Source: Patescibacteria group bacterium (GTDB taxonomy: Bacteria > Patescibacteriota > Minisyncoccia > 2-02-FULL-40-12 > GWA2-44-9). Taken from it: a stretch of 59,945 bases of DNA. Position 1 is the stretch's first letter; every line of letters begins with the position of its first letter. This document shows positions 7,879-16,111 of the stretch, one piece after another. The translations under genes were made by a program, and so were the position numbers. The stretch lies in NCBI GenBank assembly GCA_038062135.1, contig JBBTXT010000007.1:1-59945 (forward strand), written 5' to 3'. A model generated the notes under the pieces. That model made no database searches. It was not told where the DNA came from and saw nothing but the letters and a program-made list of their open reading frames with translations.

Positions 7879-10800
7879 GTGACTATGCCTGCCGTTGACT
7901 TTGGAAAGCTGGAAGAAAAAATACTAGCGTTCTGGGAAGAGCACAAGATTTTTGAAAAAAGCCTTGAATTGCGGGGCGGAAAGCGCAAAAAGACTTTCGT
8001 GTTCTTTGAAGGCCCGCCGACTGCGAACGGCCGCACGCACGTCGGTCATTTTTTGACGCGCATTTTTAAAGACGTCTATGGGCGCTACAAAACCATGCGT
8101 GGGTATTATGTTCTGCGCAAGGCCGGCTGGGATACTCACGGTCTGCCGGTTGAACTTGAAGTAGAAAAAGAACTTGGCTTCAAAAGTAAAAAAGATATTG
8201 AGGCGTACGGCGTCGCGGCGTTTAATAAAAAGTGCCGCGAGAACGTTTGGAAATACAAAAAAGAGTGGGAAGTCATGACGCGCCGGATGGGGTTCTGGGT
8301 TGATACGGAGCATCCGTATGTAACCTACGCCAATCCGTACATTGAATCTCTCTGGAATATCATCAAGACCGTGGCGGATAAAAAGCTTTTATACTTGGCG
8401 CATCGCGTGGTGCCTTACTGCACACGTTGTGGAACCGGACTCTCAACGCACGAACTTGGTCAACCAGGAGCCTATAAAACAGTTACGGATACCTCGGTCT
8501 ATATTAAATTCAAATTAAAGTCGGGGCAAAAAATAGGTGAGCACACAGTTCCAAGTAATGCCTTTGTGCTTGCTTGGACAACTACACCCTGGACATTACC
8601 GGGCAATGTTGCGCTAGCGGTTGGTAAAGATATTGAGTATGTAATCTCAACACAGGAAATTAATAATAAAAAAGAAACGCTCATTCTTTCTAAAGATCTC
8701 TATGAAAGACCAACAGCAGGATTTCTTCCTGAACCCGATATATCTTTCTCGTTGCCCGAATATGTTAAGGGTGTAGACCTGGTCGGGCTTGAATACGAGC
8801 CGCTCTTTGATGTGCCCGCCTTAAAATCCGAAACATCGTACAAAATTTATCCAGCAGACTTTGTGACGACCACCGATGGTACGGGCGTGGTCCACACCGC
8901 CGTCATGTACGGCGAGGATGACTACAATCTCGGCAACGCGCTCGGTTTGCCAAAAGTACACACAGTGGATGAGGCTGGAAAGTTTTTCGGAGTTTCCGAA
9001 GAACTGAATGGAAAATATGTCAAAGCTGGAAAAACCGAAGAAACGATCATAAAAAGCTTAGAAGCCCGTGGGCTGTTATTAAAAACCGAAGCCTACGAAC
9101 ATGAATACCCTCACTGTTGGCGTTGCGATACTCCGCTCCTGTATTACGCCAAGAGTTCTTGGTTTATCAAGATGTCGGCGGTTAATGAGCAAATTCTTAA
9201 GGCTAACAGCACCATAAACTGGTTTCCGGACCACATAAAAGAAGGAAGGTTTGGCCAATGGCTTAAAGAAGGAAAAGATTGGGCGTTTTCGCGCGAACGC
9301 TATTGGGGCACGCCGTTGCCGGTTTGGAAATGTGTCAAATGTTCCGCTTATCATGTTATTGGTTCGATGGAAGATTTAAAAAAGGAAGCGGTCTCGCAAT
9401 CGGGAAATAATTATTTTTTGATGCGTCACGACCTTTCCGGGCGTGATGAAAACGGAAAGATGCTCGTCAGTTCAAGGAGAGAGACCGATACTTATCATTT
9501 GACCGAAGCCGGCCAAAAACACGCGCAAGAAACCTTGAAACGTTTAAAGCGCAAGCTGAACATTGACGTTATCTACGCGTCACCGTTCCTAAGAACGAAA
9601 GAAACCGCCGAAATTGCCGGGCAAGTTTTCCATTTGCCGGTTGTTGAGGATGAACGATTATCAGAAATACGGCATGGCATTGAATGCGAAGGCAAGAGCC
9701 ATCAGCAATGCGTATTGGACCGCGAACGCAGGAGCTTTGACACGGTTGAAGACGGCAGTGAAACTCTCAACATGGTTCGCGAACGCGTGATGACATTTAT
9801 GCGAGAAGTTGACGGGCAATACCGCAATAAAAATATTCTTGTAGTCAGCCACGGCGATCCGATCTGGGTTCTTGAAAAAATGGCTGATGGGAAGAGCGAG
9901 GCGGAGGTTGTTGCTGAACATGAATCCAACCAGGGCTGGATGCCGCAGATCGGCGAAATCAAAAAAATAGAATGGCCGGCACTTCCTCGCAACGAAAGAG
10001 GGGAACTGGATCTCCATAAGCCTTATGTTGATGAGGTGACTTTTCAGTGCGACCAGTGCGGCGCGCAGATGCACCGCGTGCCGGAGCTGTGTGACGTTTG
10101 GTTTGATTCCGGTTCCATGCCGTTCGCGCAGTGGCATTGGCCGTTTGAAAATCAAAAACTTTTCCAGTCCCAATACCCGGCGGATTTTATTGTGGAAGCG
10201 GTGGATCAAACCCGCGGCTGGTTTTATACGCTCCTGGCCGTAGCCACGCTTATGGATCGCCCAGCACCGTTTAAAAATGTAATTGTGCTTGGATTAACTT
10301 TGGATCCGAAGGGCATGAAGATGTCCAAGTCAAAAGGGAATGTTATGTATTCAGGTGAAGCGATGGATGCCGCCGGCGTTGATGCCGCACGCTGGCGAAT
10401 GTTCGTCATGAGTTCGCCGGAAGATAATAAGGTTATTTCCGCCCAGGATTTCCAGGATACGTTAAACGGCTTTCTCTCCACGCTTCAGAACTGCCTAAGG
10501 TTTTACGAATTGTATACCCAGACTAACCAATCGCCATCCGGCGATGTACAGCCGAATATCCTGGATCGCTGGCTTTCTTCAAGACTTCATAATGTTATCC
10601 AGGGCGTGACCGAAAGTTTGGAAAACTATAACCCGACCGGAGCTGCACGCACGCTTGAACAGTTTGTGGTGGAGGATTTCTCAAACTGGTGGTTGCGCCG
10701 CTCGCGAAAACGTCCCGAAGCGCTGACTTTGTTGCGGCAAGCTCTCCTACATATCTCAAAACTGGTTGCGCCGTTTATTCCGTTCACAGCCGAAGATATG

Positions 10801-11391
10801 TTCGCGCGCCTGAATGGGCCTGAAGCGGTTGGTCAGGAGAGCGTGCACCTGGCAGATTGGCCTAAAGCAGAGAAGAAGTTTATTAACGCTAAACTTGAAG
10901 AAACGATGATCAGGGTGCGCGAGATTGTCGCTGCCGGATTGGCTATCCGCAAAGAAAAGCAGATCAAAGTTCGCCAACCATTGGCGTCTATAATCTTACC
11001 CGACAAGAAACTTGATGCGGGTCTTGAGGCGCTTATTAAAGACGAACTCAACGTAAAGGGCGTGGTTTATAAGAAAGGCGTTGAGCTGTCGCTGGACATG
11101 AGTATGTCGCCGGAACTTATTGCTGAAGGATATGCCCGCGAGGCAATGCGCCAGATTCAAGACCTTCGCAAAGATGCCGGCTATCGTTTTGACGACAAGG
11201 CATATTGCCAGTGGTTTACGGAAGATTCCGAATTGTCTGAAGCGTTGTTAAAATGGGGCGATGATATTAAGCGCGACACTTCGCTGTCGGAGTTCGTTAA
11301 ACTTATCCTTGACGACAAGCGCGCCTACGATATTGAAAAAGAATTTGAAATCGTTCCCGGTAAAAAAATATGGGTCGGTATTAAAAAGTAA
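7879..11391 (+). CDS. ileS: isoleucine--tRNA ligase carrying an internal histidine-phosphatase domain insertion
   Basis: PTANGRTHVGH (HIGH), KMSKSKGN (KMSKS), WAFSRERYWGTPLP, Zn knuckles CWRC / CVKC / CDQCG. 1170 aa. Start GTG 7879 or ATG 7885. Confidence 0.95.
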   Translation: MTMPAVDFGKLEEKILAFWEEHKIFEKSLELRGGKRKKTFVFFEGPPTANGRTHVGHFLTRIFKDVYGRYKTMRGYYVLRKAGWDTHGLPVELEVEKELGFKSKKDIEAYGVAAFNKKCRENVWKYKKEWEVMTRRMGFWVDTEHPYVTYANPYIESLWNIIKTVADKKLLYLAHRVVPYCTRCGTGLSTHELGQPGAYKTVTDTSVYIKFKLKSGQKIGEHTVPSNAFVLAWTTTPWTLPGNVALAVGKDIEYVISTQEINNKKETLILSKDLYERPTAGFLPEPDISFSLPEYVKGVDLVGLEYEPLFDVPALKSETSYKIYPADFVTTTDGTGVVHTAVMYGEDDYNLGNALGLPKVHTVDEAGKFFGVSEELNGKYVKAGKTEETIIKSLEARGLLLKTEAYEHEYPHCWRCDTPLLYYAKSSWFIKMSAVNEQILKANSTINWFPDHIKEGRFGQWLKEGKDWAFSRERYWGTPLPVWKCVKCSAYHVIGSMEDLKKEAVSQSGNNYFLMRHDLSGRDENGKMLVSSRRETDTYHLTEAGQKHAQETLKRLKRKLNIDVIYASPFLRTKETAEIAGQVFHLPVVEDERLSEIRHGIECEGKSHQQCVLDRERRSFDTVEDGSETLNMVRERVMTFMREVDGQYRNKNILVVSHGDPIWVLEKMADGKSEAEVVAEHESNQGWMPQIGEIKKIEWPALPRNERGELDLHKPYVDEVTFQCDQCGAQMHRVPELCDVWFDSGSMPFAQWHWPFENQKLFQSQYPADFIVEAVDQTRGWFYTLLAVATLMDRPAPFKNVIVLGLTLDPKGMKMSKSKGNVMYSGEAMDAAGVDAARWRMFVMSSPEDNKVISAQDFQDTLNGFLSTLQNCLRFYELYTQTNQSPSGDVQPNILDRWLSSRLHNVIQGVTESLENYNPTGAARTLEQFVVEDFSNWWLRRSRKRPEALTLLRQALLHISKLVAPFIPFTAEDMFARLNGPEAVGQESVHLADWPKAEKKFINAKLEETMIRVREIVAAGLAIRKEKQIKVRQPLASIILPDKKLDAGLEALIKDELNVKGVVYKKGVELSLDMSMSPELIAEGYAREAMRQIQDLRKDAGYRFDDKAYCQWFTEDSELSEALLKWGDDIKRDTSLSEFVKLILDDKRAYDIEKEFEIVPGKKIWVGIKK
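9406..9990 (+). other. in-frame histidine-phosphatase (PGAM-like) domain inserted in IleRS
   Basis: Motifs in order: FLMRHDLSGRDENG, ASPFLRTKETAEI, ERLSEIRHGIECEG, ILVVSHGDPIWVL. Flanked by IleRS segments HVIGSMEDLKK and ELDLHKPYVDEV. Confidence 0.8.
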
Positions 11392-11408
11392 TAAACTATA
11401 ATAAAAAT

Positions 11409-11666
11409 ATGGAAGAACAAAAGAAAAAGTTTAACGTAAGGATGTTTGGACTAAGTATTCTCCTCTACTATATCGTAAATGTATGGCTTGCCATTGTCTT
11501 TGGAATCCTGTCGATAAGTTTAGGCAGAAATTATGGGATAGCAATTTCTTTGTTAGTCGCAGTTTATTTTTATCAAAAAAATCGAGACAAGTTAGATATA
11601 AAGAAAGAAATAATATGGGTAGGATGCGGTGCGCTAATAACTGCGCTTGTTCTGGTGCTTCTCTAG
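11409..11666 (+). CDS. small membrane protein, 85 aa
   Basis: Three hydrophobic segments. Follows ileS by 17 nt. Confidence 0.5.
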   Translation: MEEQKKKFNVRMFGLSILLYYIVNVWLAIVFGILSISLGRNYGIAISLLVAVYFYQKNRDKLDIKKEIIWVGCGALITALVLVLL

Positions 11667-11721
11667 ATGAAAAGAGTTTTTATTATTCATGATCTGGAAG
11701 CATTGCCGCTGGGTAAAAAAA

Positions 11722-12255
11722 ATGAGAACACTCGCAATAGTAATTAAGCGCCAGCCGACAAATGAGTACGATCTTCTGGTAACTCTGTATACCCAGGAGC
11801 TGGGCAAACTGACCGCAATCGCCAAGAGTGCGCTCAAGCCGAGCTCTACCCAGGGATCCCATTTGGATTCCTATAATCTTATTGATGTTGAGCTGGTTGA
11901 CGGCAAGTCCTGGCCAATTATGGCAGGGGCGCAGTGCCTGGACGGGCGCCGACACATAAAATCTTCGCTTTCCAGCTTAGCCATAGCCGGATTTTTTACC
12001 GAGGCAATTCATAAAATAGTTTTTGACGGGCAAAGAGACGATGAGCTATGGGACTTTTTAAACAACGTATTTGATAGCCTGAACGGCCCGAAAGGTTGTG
12101 ACGATGCAACCTTTGCCGGATTCCAGAGGGAGTTGATAACAGTTTTAGGACACGGCGCCCAAAAAGAAAATCTTCAAGCAACGCTTGACCGTTTAGCTAA
12201 TGCGCGCCTGGCATCGGGAAGTTTACTTCGCCGGGTGCGGGTTGTGCTACAATAA
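11722..12255 (+). CDS. recO: DNA repair protein RecO (short form)
   Basis: MRTLAIVIKRQPTNEYDLLVTLYTQELGKLTAIAKSALKPSS: OB-fold N-terminus typical of RecO. The ATG at 11722 is preferred over the track start 11689. Confidence 0.8.
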   Translation: MRTLAIVIKRQPTNEYDLLVTLYTQELGKLTAIAKSALKPSSTQGSHLDSYNLIDVELVDGKSWPIMAGAQCLDGRRHIKSSLSSLAIAGFFTEAIHKIVFDGQRDDELWDFLNNVFDSLNGPKGCDDATFAGFQRELITVLGHGAQKENLQATLDRLANARLASGSLLRRVRVVLQ

Positions 12256-12259
12256 TATT

Positions 12260-14020
12260 ATGAACTTAGACTCGTTCCTCGCTCGCATTCAGAGCGCGAC
12301 CGCGCAGGCCGTGTTGCGTTGGTTAATTTTGGCGGCGCTGGTTTTATTTATCGCAACACTTCTTATTTTTTGGTTTGGCGGCGCTTCGTTTAGCGAGAAA
12401 GACGTGGTTTTAAATATTGAAGGCCCCGCCCAGGCCAAATCGGGGGATGAGGCCGTATATATTCTTAAATATAAAAATAATACCCGCACCGAACTCCGAA
12501 ATCTGCAATTTAGGTTTTTTTACCCGGAAGATTCAATTGTGATTGGCGAGGACGGTTCCTTCTCGGAAAAACAGTCGGAAGGCTTTGAGGTAGACATACT
12601 GGGATCGGGTGAAGAAGGCCAAAAGGAATTTAAGGCGTTTTTGGTGGGCGATAAGGGCGATGTTAAAAACATTACCTCCAACATGCTATTCCGAGCGGGC
12701 ACCTTGCGATCATCTTTTGAAAAGTCGGCCTCTTACACAACGACCCTTGTTGGCCTGCCGGTCCCGATTACTTTAAGCGCTCCGCCGAGCTCAGTGTCCG
12801 GACAGGATGTTTCTTATGTTCTGGATTATCGTAATGATTCCGGTTCCGACATTTCGGATTTGAGAATTGAGCTTACTTACCCGGACGGATTTTCGCCGAA
12901 TAGCCTGCGTCCGAGTTCCAGCGAGGGTAAAAATGTTTGGATCATCCCGCTTCTTAGGCAAGGTTCCGGCAGCCGCATAACCATATCCGGTTCCCTGACT
13001 GGAGGCGAAAGGGATGTGAAACCGGTTTCCGTGGTTTTGAAAAGAAAAGTTCAGAGCGAGTATATAAACTACGAACGCGCCGAATCCTCAACAGTTATTT
13101 CAAGCCCACTTATTAACGTCACAATTCTCGCAAACGGTAGCAAAGACTACACCGCTTCGCTTGGCGACGCACTCACCTACAGTGTGCGCTATAAAAATAC
13201 TTCTAATTTTGATCTGCTGGGGCTGACGCTGTCTGTTTCTCTGGACGGCGATATGTACGATTTGTCTACGCTTGAGCCGGGGTTAGGCTTTTTCAGCACC
13301 GGCGACAGAACTATAACTTGGACAGCGGGCGCTGTGCCTAGGTTTGGAACACTTGCCGCAGGCGGGCAGGGATCGGTGGATTTTCGCATCCGAGTTAAAA
13401 AATCTTTCCCGCCTGGCCAGCAGGGCGCGAAAACATTTTCCGTAAAAGCCAATGCAACTTTACGCACGCCGAACGCTCCGACGGGAATTGATGCTACCGA
13501 AGTCGTGAGCCAGGACAGCGTGACGTCCAAGATTACAACCCAACCGGTGCTGAACCAGGCGCTTTATGCGAATGATCCAGCTTTCGGATCAACCGGCCCG
13601 ATGCCGCCACAAGTCGGCCAGGAAACCGTGTTTACAGTGCACTGGCAGGTTTCCAATCCGGGCAATGATTTGACTGACGCGAAGATCGTCGCAGTTTTAC
13701 CGCCGGGGGTAAGTTGGAAGAACGTAACCGGCGTAACCTCCGGACAACCGGCGGTGACCTATGATGCCAACCGGTCAACGGTTACCTGGAACCTCGGCCG
13801 CCTGCCGTTCGGCGCGGGCACCGTGGGCGGGGCATATGAAGCTAGTTTCCAGATCGGCGTAACGCCGTCGTCCACCCAAGTAGGAAATCCGGTTACAATT
13901 CTCAAAAATATAAATCTTTCCGGCACCGATTCATTTACTCGCCAGCCGATTGTAACAACGGTCAGAGATTTGACTACGAACGACACGATTGATAAACCTG
14001 GACAAGGCGTCGTTCAATAG
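12260..14020 (+). CDS. membrane-anchored protein with repeated DUF11/CARDB-like Ig-fold modules
   Basis: N-terminal TM helix (LRWLILAALVLFIATLLIFWF). At least 4 similar modules: AVYILKYKNNTRTELRNLQF, VSYVLDYRNDSGSDISDLRI, LTYSVRYKNTSNFDLLGLTL, TVFTVHWQVSNPGNDLTDAKI. Start at ATG 12260, after the recO stop. Confidence 0.7.
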   Translation: MNLDSFLARIQSATAQAVLRWLILAALVLFIATLLIFWFGGASFSEKDVVLNIEGPAQAKSGDEAVYILKYKNNTRTELRNLQFRFFYPEDSIVIGEDGSFSEKQSEGFEVDILGSGEEGQKEFKAFLVGDKGDVKNITSNMLFRAGTLRSSFEKSASYTTTLVGLPVPITLSAPPSSVSGQDVSYVLDYRNDSGSDISDLRIELTYPDGFSPNSLRPSSSEGKNVWIIPLLRQGSGSRITISGSLTGGERDVKPVSVVLKRKVQSEYINYERAESSTVISSPLINVTILANGSKDYTASLGDALTYSVRYKNTSNFDLLGLTLSVSLDGDMYDLSTLEPGLGFFSTGDRTITWTAGAVPRFGTLAAGGQGSVDFRIRVKKSFPPGQQGAKTFSVKANATLRTPNAPTGIDATEVVSQDSVTSKITTQPVLNQALYANDPAFGSTGPMPPQVGQETVFTVHWQVSNPGNDLTDAKIVAVLPPGVSWKNVTGVTSGQPAVTYDANRSTVTWNLGRLPFGAGTVGGAYEASFQIGVTPSSTQVGNPVTILKNINLSGTDSFTRQPIVTTVRDLTTNDTIDKPGQGVVQ

Positions 14021-14044
14021 TTTATCCGCGACAAGGAGGCTGAA

Positions 14045-14260
14045 GTGCACCAGAAAGATTACGTCAGGAGACAAACGACCACGTCTTTGAAAGAGGGTGT
14101 CAGTGACCTCAAGAACGAGGCCAGACACCAGCGGGCTCGCGTGAGGGGCGCCCGCAATGTCTTTAAGCTTCACAAGGAAAGGCTAAAGGACCTCAACCTG
14201 ATACTCCGGAACTACCGGAGCGAACTTCATCGCCGTCGTGCTAAGCGGTGCAAGAAGTAG
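14045..14260 (+). CDS. small, very basic hypothetical protein, 71 aa
   Basis: SD AAGGAGG 5 nt before GTG. Own terminator at 14285-14316. Lys/Arg-rich, predicted helical. Confidence 0.45.
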   Translation: MHQKDYVRRQTTTSLKEGVSDLKNEARHQRARVRGARNVFKLHKERLKDLNLILRNYRSELHRRRAKRCKK

Positions 14261-14284
14261 TGAGGTGCTTTGGATAAGCACTTT

Positions 14285-14316
14285 CCGGGGGCCCAGCCAG
14301 GCCTCCGGTACTTTTT
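14285..14316 (+). terminator. rho-independent terminator
   Basis: CCGGGGGCC-CAGCCA-GGCCTCCGG (one G:U pair) followed by TACTTTTT. Confidence 0.65.
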
Positions 14317-14356
14317 AACGCTGGATTTCGCTTTATTTTCTGCTATCATTGGCTCT

Positions 14357-15700
14357 ATGGCTGACCAGCAACCCAATTTGCTTGAAAAGATAGTTTCCCT
14401 CGCAAAGCGGCGGGGTTTTGTTTTTCCGGGTTCCGAAATCTATGGCGGACTGGCCAACTCTTGGGATTATGGCCCGCTCGGCGTAGAACTCAAGAACAAT
14501 ATCAAACAACTTTGGTGGAAGCGCTTTGTGCAACAGCGCGACGACATGGTCGGCATTGATGCCGCCTTGATCATGAATCCCAAAGTCTGGGAAGCGAGCG
14601 GACACTTAGCCGGGTTTTCTGATCCGCTTATTGAATGCAAGAAATGTCACAACAGGATTCGTGCAGATCAAGCGGACCAGTTAGAAAGTCTGGCCTCAAG
14701 GGCCATTGTTATTGGTGGTAAACCTACTTGCCCTGCAGATGGAAAACAACACGAGTGGACAGAACCCAAACAGTTTAATTTAATGCTTAAAACATTCCTC
14801 GGTCCAGCCGAGGAGAAGGCGAATATTGTTTATTTCCGTCCCGAAACGGCGCAGGCGATGTTTGTGGACTTTAAAAATATCTTAGACACCTCGCGCAAGA
14901 CGATTCCGTTCGGCGTGGCCCAGATCGGCAAAGCTTTTAGAAACGAAATCACACCGGGTAATTTTATCTTCCGCACGCGCGAATTTGAACAGATGGAAGT
15001 GGAATACTTCATCAAGCCGGAGAATTGGGAGAAACATTTTGAAGAATGGCGCGTAGAAATGCAAAACTGGATGCAGGAGATCGGCTTGGATATGTCCAAG
15101 GTGCACGAACATGAGATTGAAGAATCAGAACGAGCGTTTTATTCAAAGCGCACGATTGATTTTGAGTTTGAGTATCCGTTCGGGCAAAAAGAGCTCTATG
15201 GCCTAGCCTATCGCACCAACTACGACCTGACCCAGCACCAAAACGCTTCCGGAAAAGAATTAAAATACCGCGATCCGGAGACTAATGAAGAATTTGTGCC
15301 GCACGTTATTGAACCATCGCTTGGAGTTGATAGAACGTTGCTCGTTGTTCTGTTGAGCGCCTACACCGAAGACGGCGATCGCGTGTTCTTGAAGCTCAAA
15401 CCAAAACTTGCCCCGTATAAGGCGGCGGTTTTTCCGCTGTTACGCAACAAGCCGGAGCTGGTTGCAAAAGCAAAAGAAATCTACGATAATCTGCGCAAAG
15501 AATTTATGGTCGCCTGGGACGACCGAGGCAATATTGGGAAGCGCTATTATTCGCAAGACGAAATCGGTACCCCGTATTGCATAACCGTAGACTTTGACAC
15601 CCTTGAAAAGGGAACCGTCACGGTCCGCGACCGCGATACCGCAAAACAGGAAACAATTTCCGCGGACGAATTAGCCAGCTTTATAAAGAGCAAGATATAG
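14357..15700 (+). CDS. glyQS: glycine--tRNA ligase (alpha2, GlyQS type)
   Basis: LAKRRGFVFPGSEIYGG, FRNEITPGNFIFRTREFEQME (motif 2), EPSLGVDR (motif 3). ATG 14357 preferred over TTG 14270. Confidence 0.95.
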   Translation: MADQQPNLLEKIVSLAKRRGFVFPGSEIYGGLANSWDYGPLGVELKNNIKQLWWKRFVQQRDDMVGIDAALIMNPKVWEASGHLAGFSDPLIECKKCHNRIRADQADQLESLASRAIVIGGKPTCPADGKQHEWTEPKQFNLMLKTFLGPAEEKANIVYFRPETAQAMFVDFKNILDTSRKTIPFGVAQIGKAFRNEITPGNFIFRTREFEQMEVEYFIKPENWEKHFEEWRVEMQNWMQEIGLDMSKVHEHEIEESERAFYSKRTIDFEFEYPFGQKELYGLAYRTNYDLTQHQNASGKELKYRDPETNEEFVPHVIEPSLGVDRTLLVVLLSAYTEDGDRVFLKLKPKLAPYKAAVFPLLRNKPELVAKAKEIYDNLRKEFMVAWDDRGNIGKRYYSQDEIGTPYCITVDFDTLEKGTVTVRDRDTAKQETISADELASFIKSKI

Positions 15701-15702
15701 AT

Positions 15703-16110
15703 ATGGAAGGAGAGAACAAACGAGAAATGCAGGAAGACCCGCTTCGTCAGGCGGCAATAAACGAGCTCCATGAGCTTGACTTAAGCGCGGAGCCCAATAT
15801 TTCGGATAATGAATTTGAGGCATTTCAAAGTCTCGTTGGCCACATGAAAGAAAGGGAGGCCGACAACGGCAGAGGACATTTAATAAACGTAAATCCAAGA
15901 TTTTTGGGCAAGTTTGATGCGCTTATGTATCGGTGGGCGCTTTCGGTTCAACTTGGTACGGAAGAGTTTGGGCGGTTTATTAAGGAGAAGGATTCCATTG
16001 AATCTATTCTCCGTAAAGCAAAAAACTCCCCGCAAAATGAATCACGGTCTGCATTTTATGAATTTCTCACCAATCTAATTGAACTGCCGTCTGAAAAGCG
16101 AAAACCATAA
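15703..16110 (+). CDS. hypothetical protein, 135 aa
   Basis: Starts 2 nt after the glyQS stop and ends at the pheS start. No recognisable motif. Confidence 0.5.
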   Translation: MEGENKREMQEDPLRQAAINELHELDLSAEPNISDNEFEAFQSLVGHMKEREADNGRGHLINVNPRFLGKFDALMYRWALSVQLGTEEFGRFIKEKDSIESILRKAKNSPQNESRSAFYEFLTNLIELPSEKRKP

Positions 16111-16111
16111 C

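Noticed and set aside
9406-9990. Intein or mobile intron as an explanation for the IleRS insertion.
   Set aside because: There is no Cys/Ser/Thr at the N-junction, no His-Asn plus nucleophile at the C-junction, and no endonuclease motifs. The motifs are those of a histidine phosphatase.
14270-14356. N-terminally extended starts offered by the ORF track (12200, 14270, 16079, 17297, 28457, 31712, 35129, 41086, 46884).
   Set aside because: The extensions use TTG or other weak starts, overlap the preceding gene, or add non-homologous residues before the well-known family N-terminus. Internal ATG starts were chosen instead.
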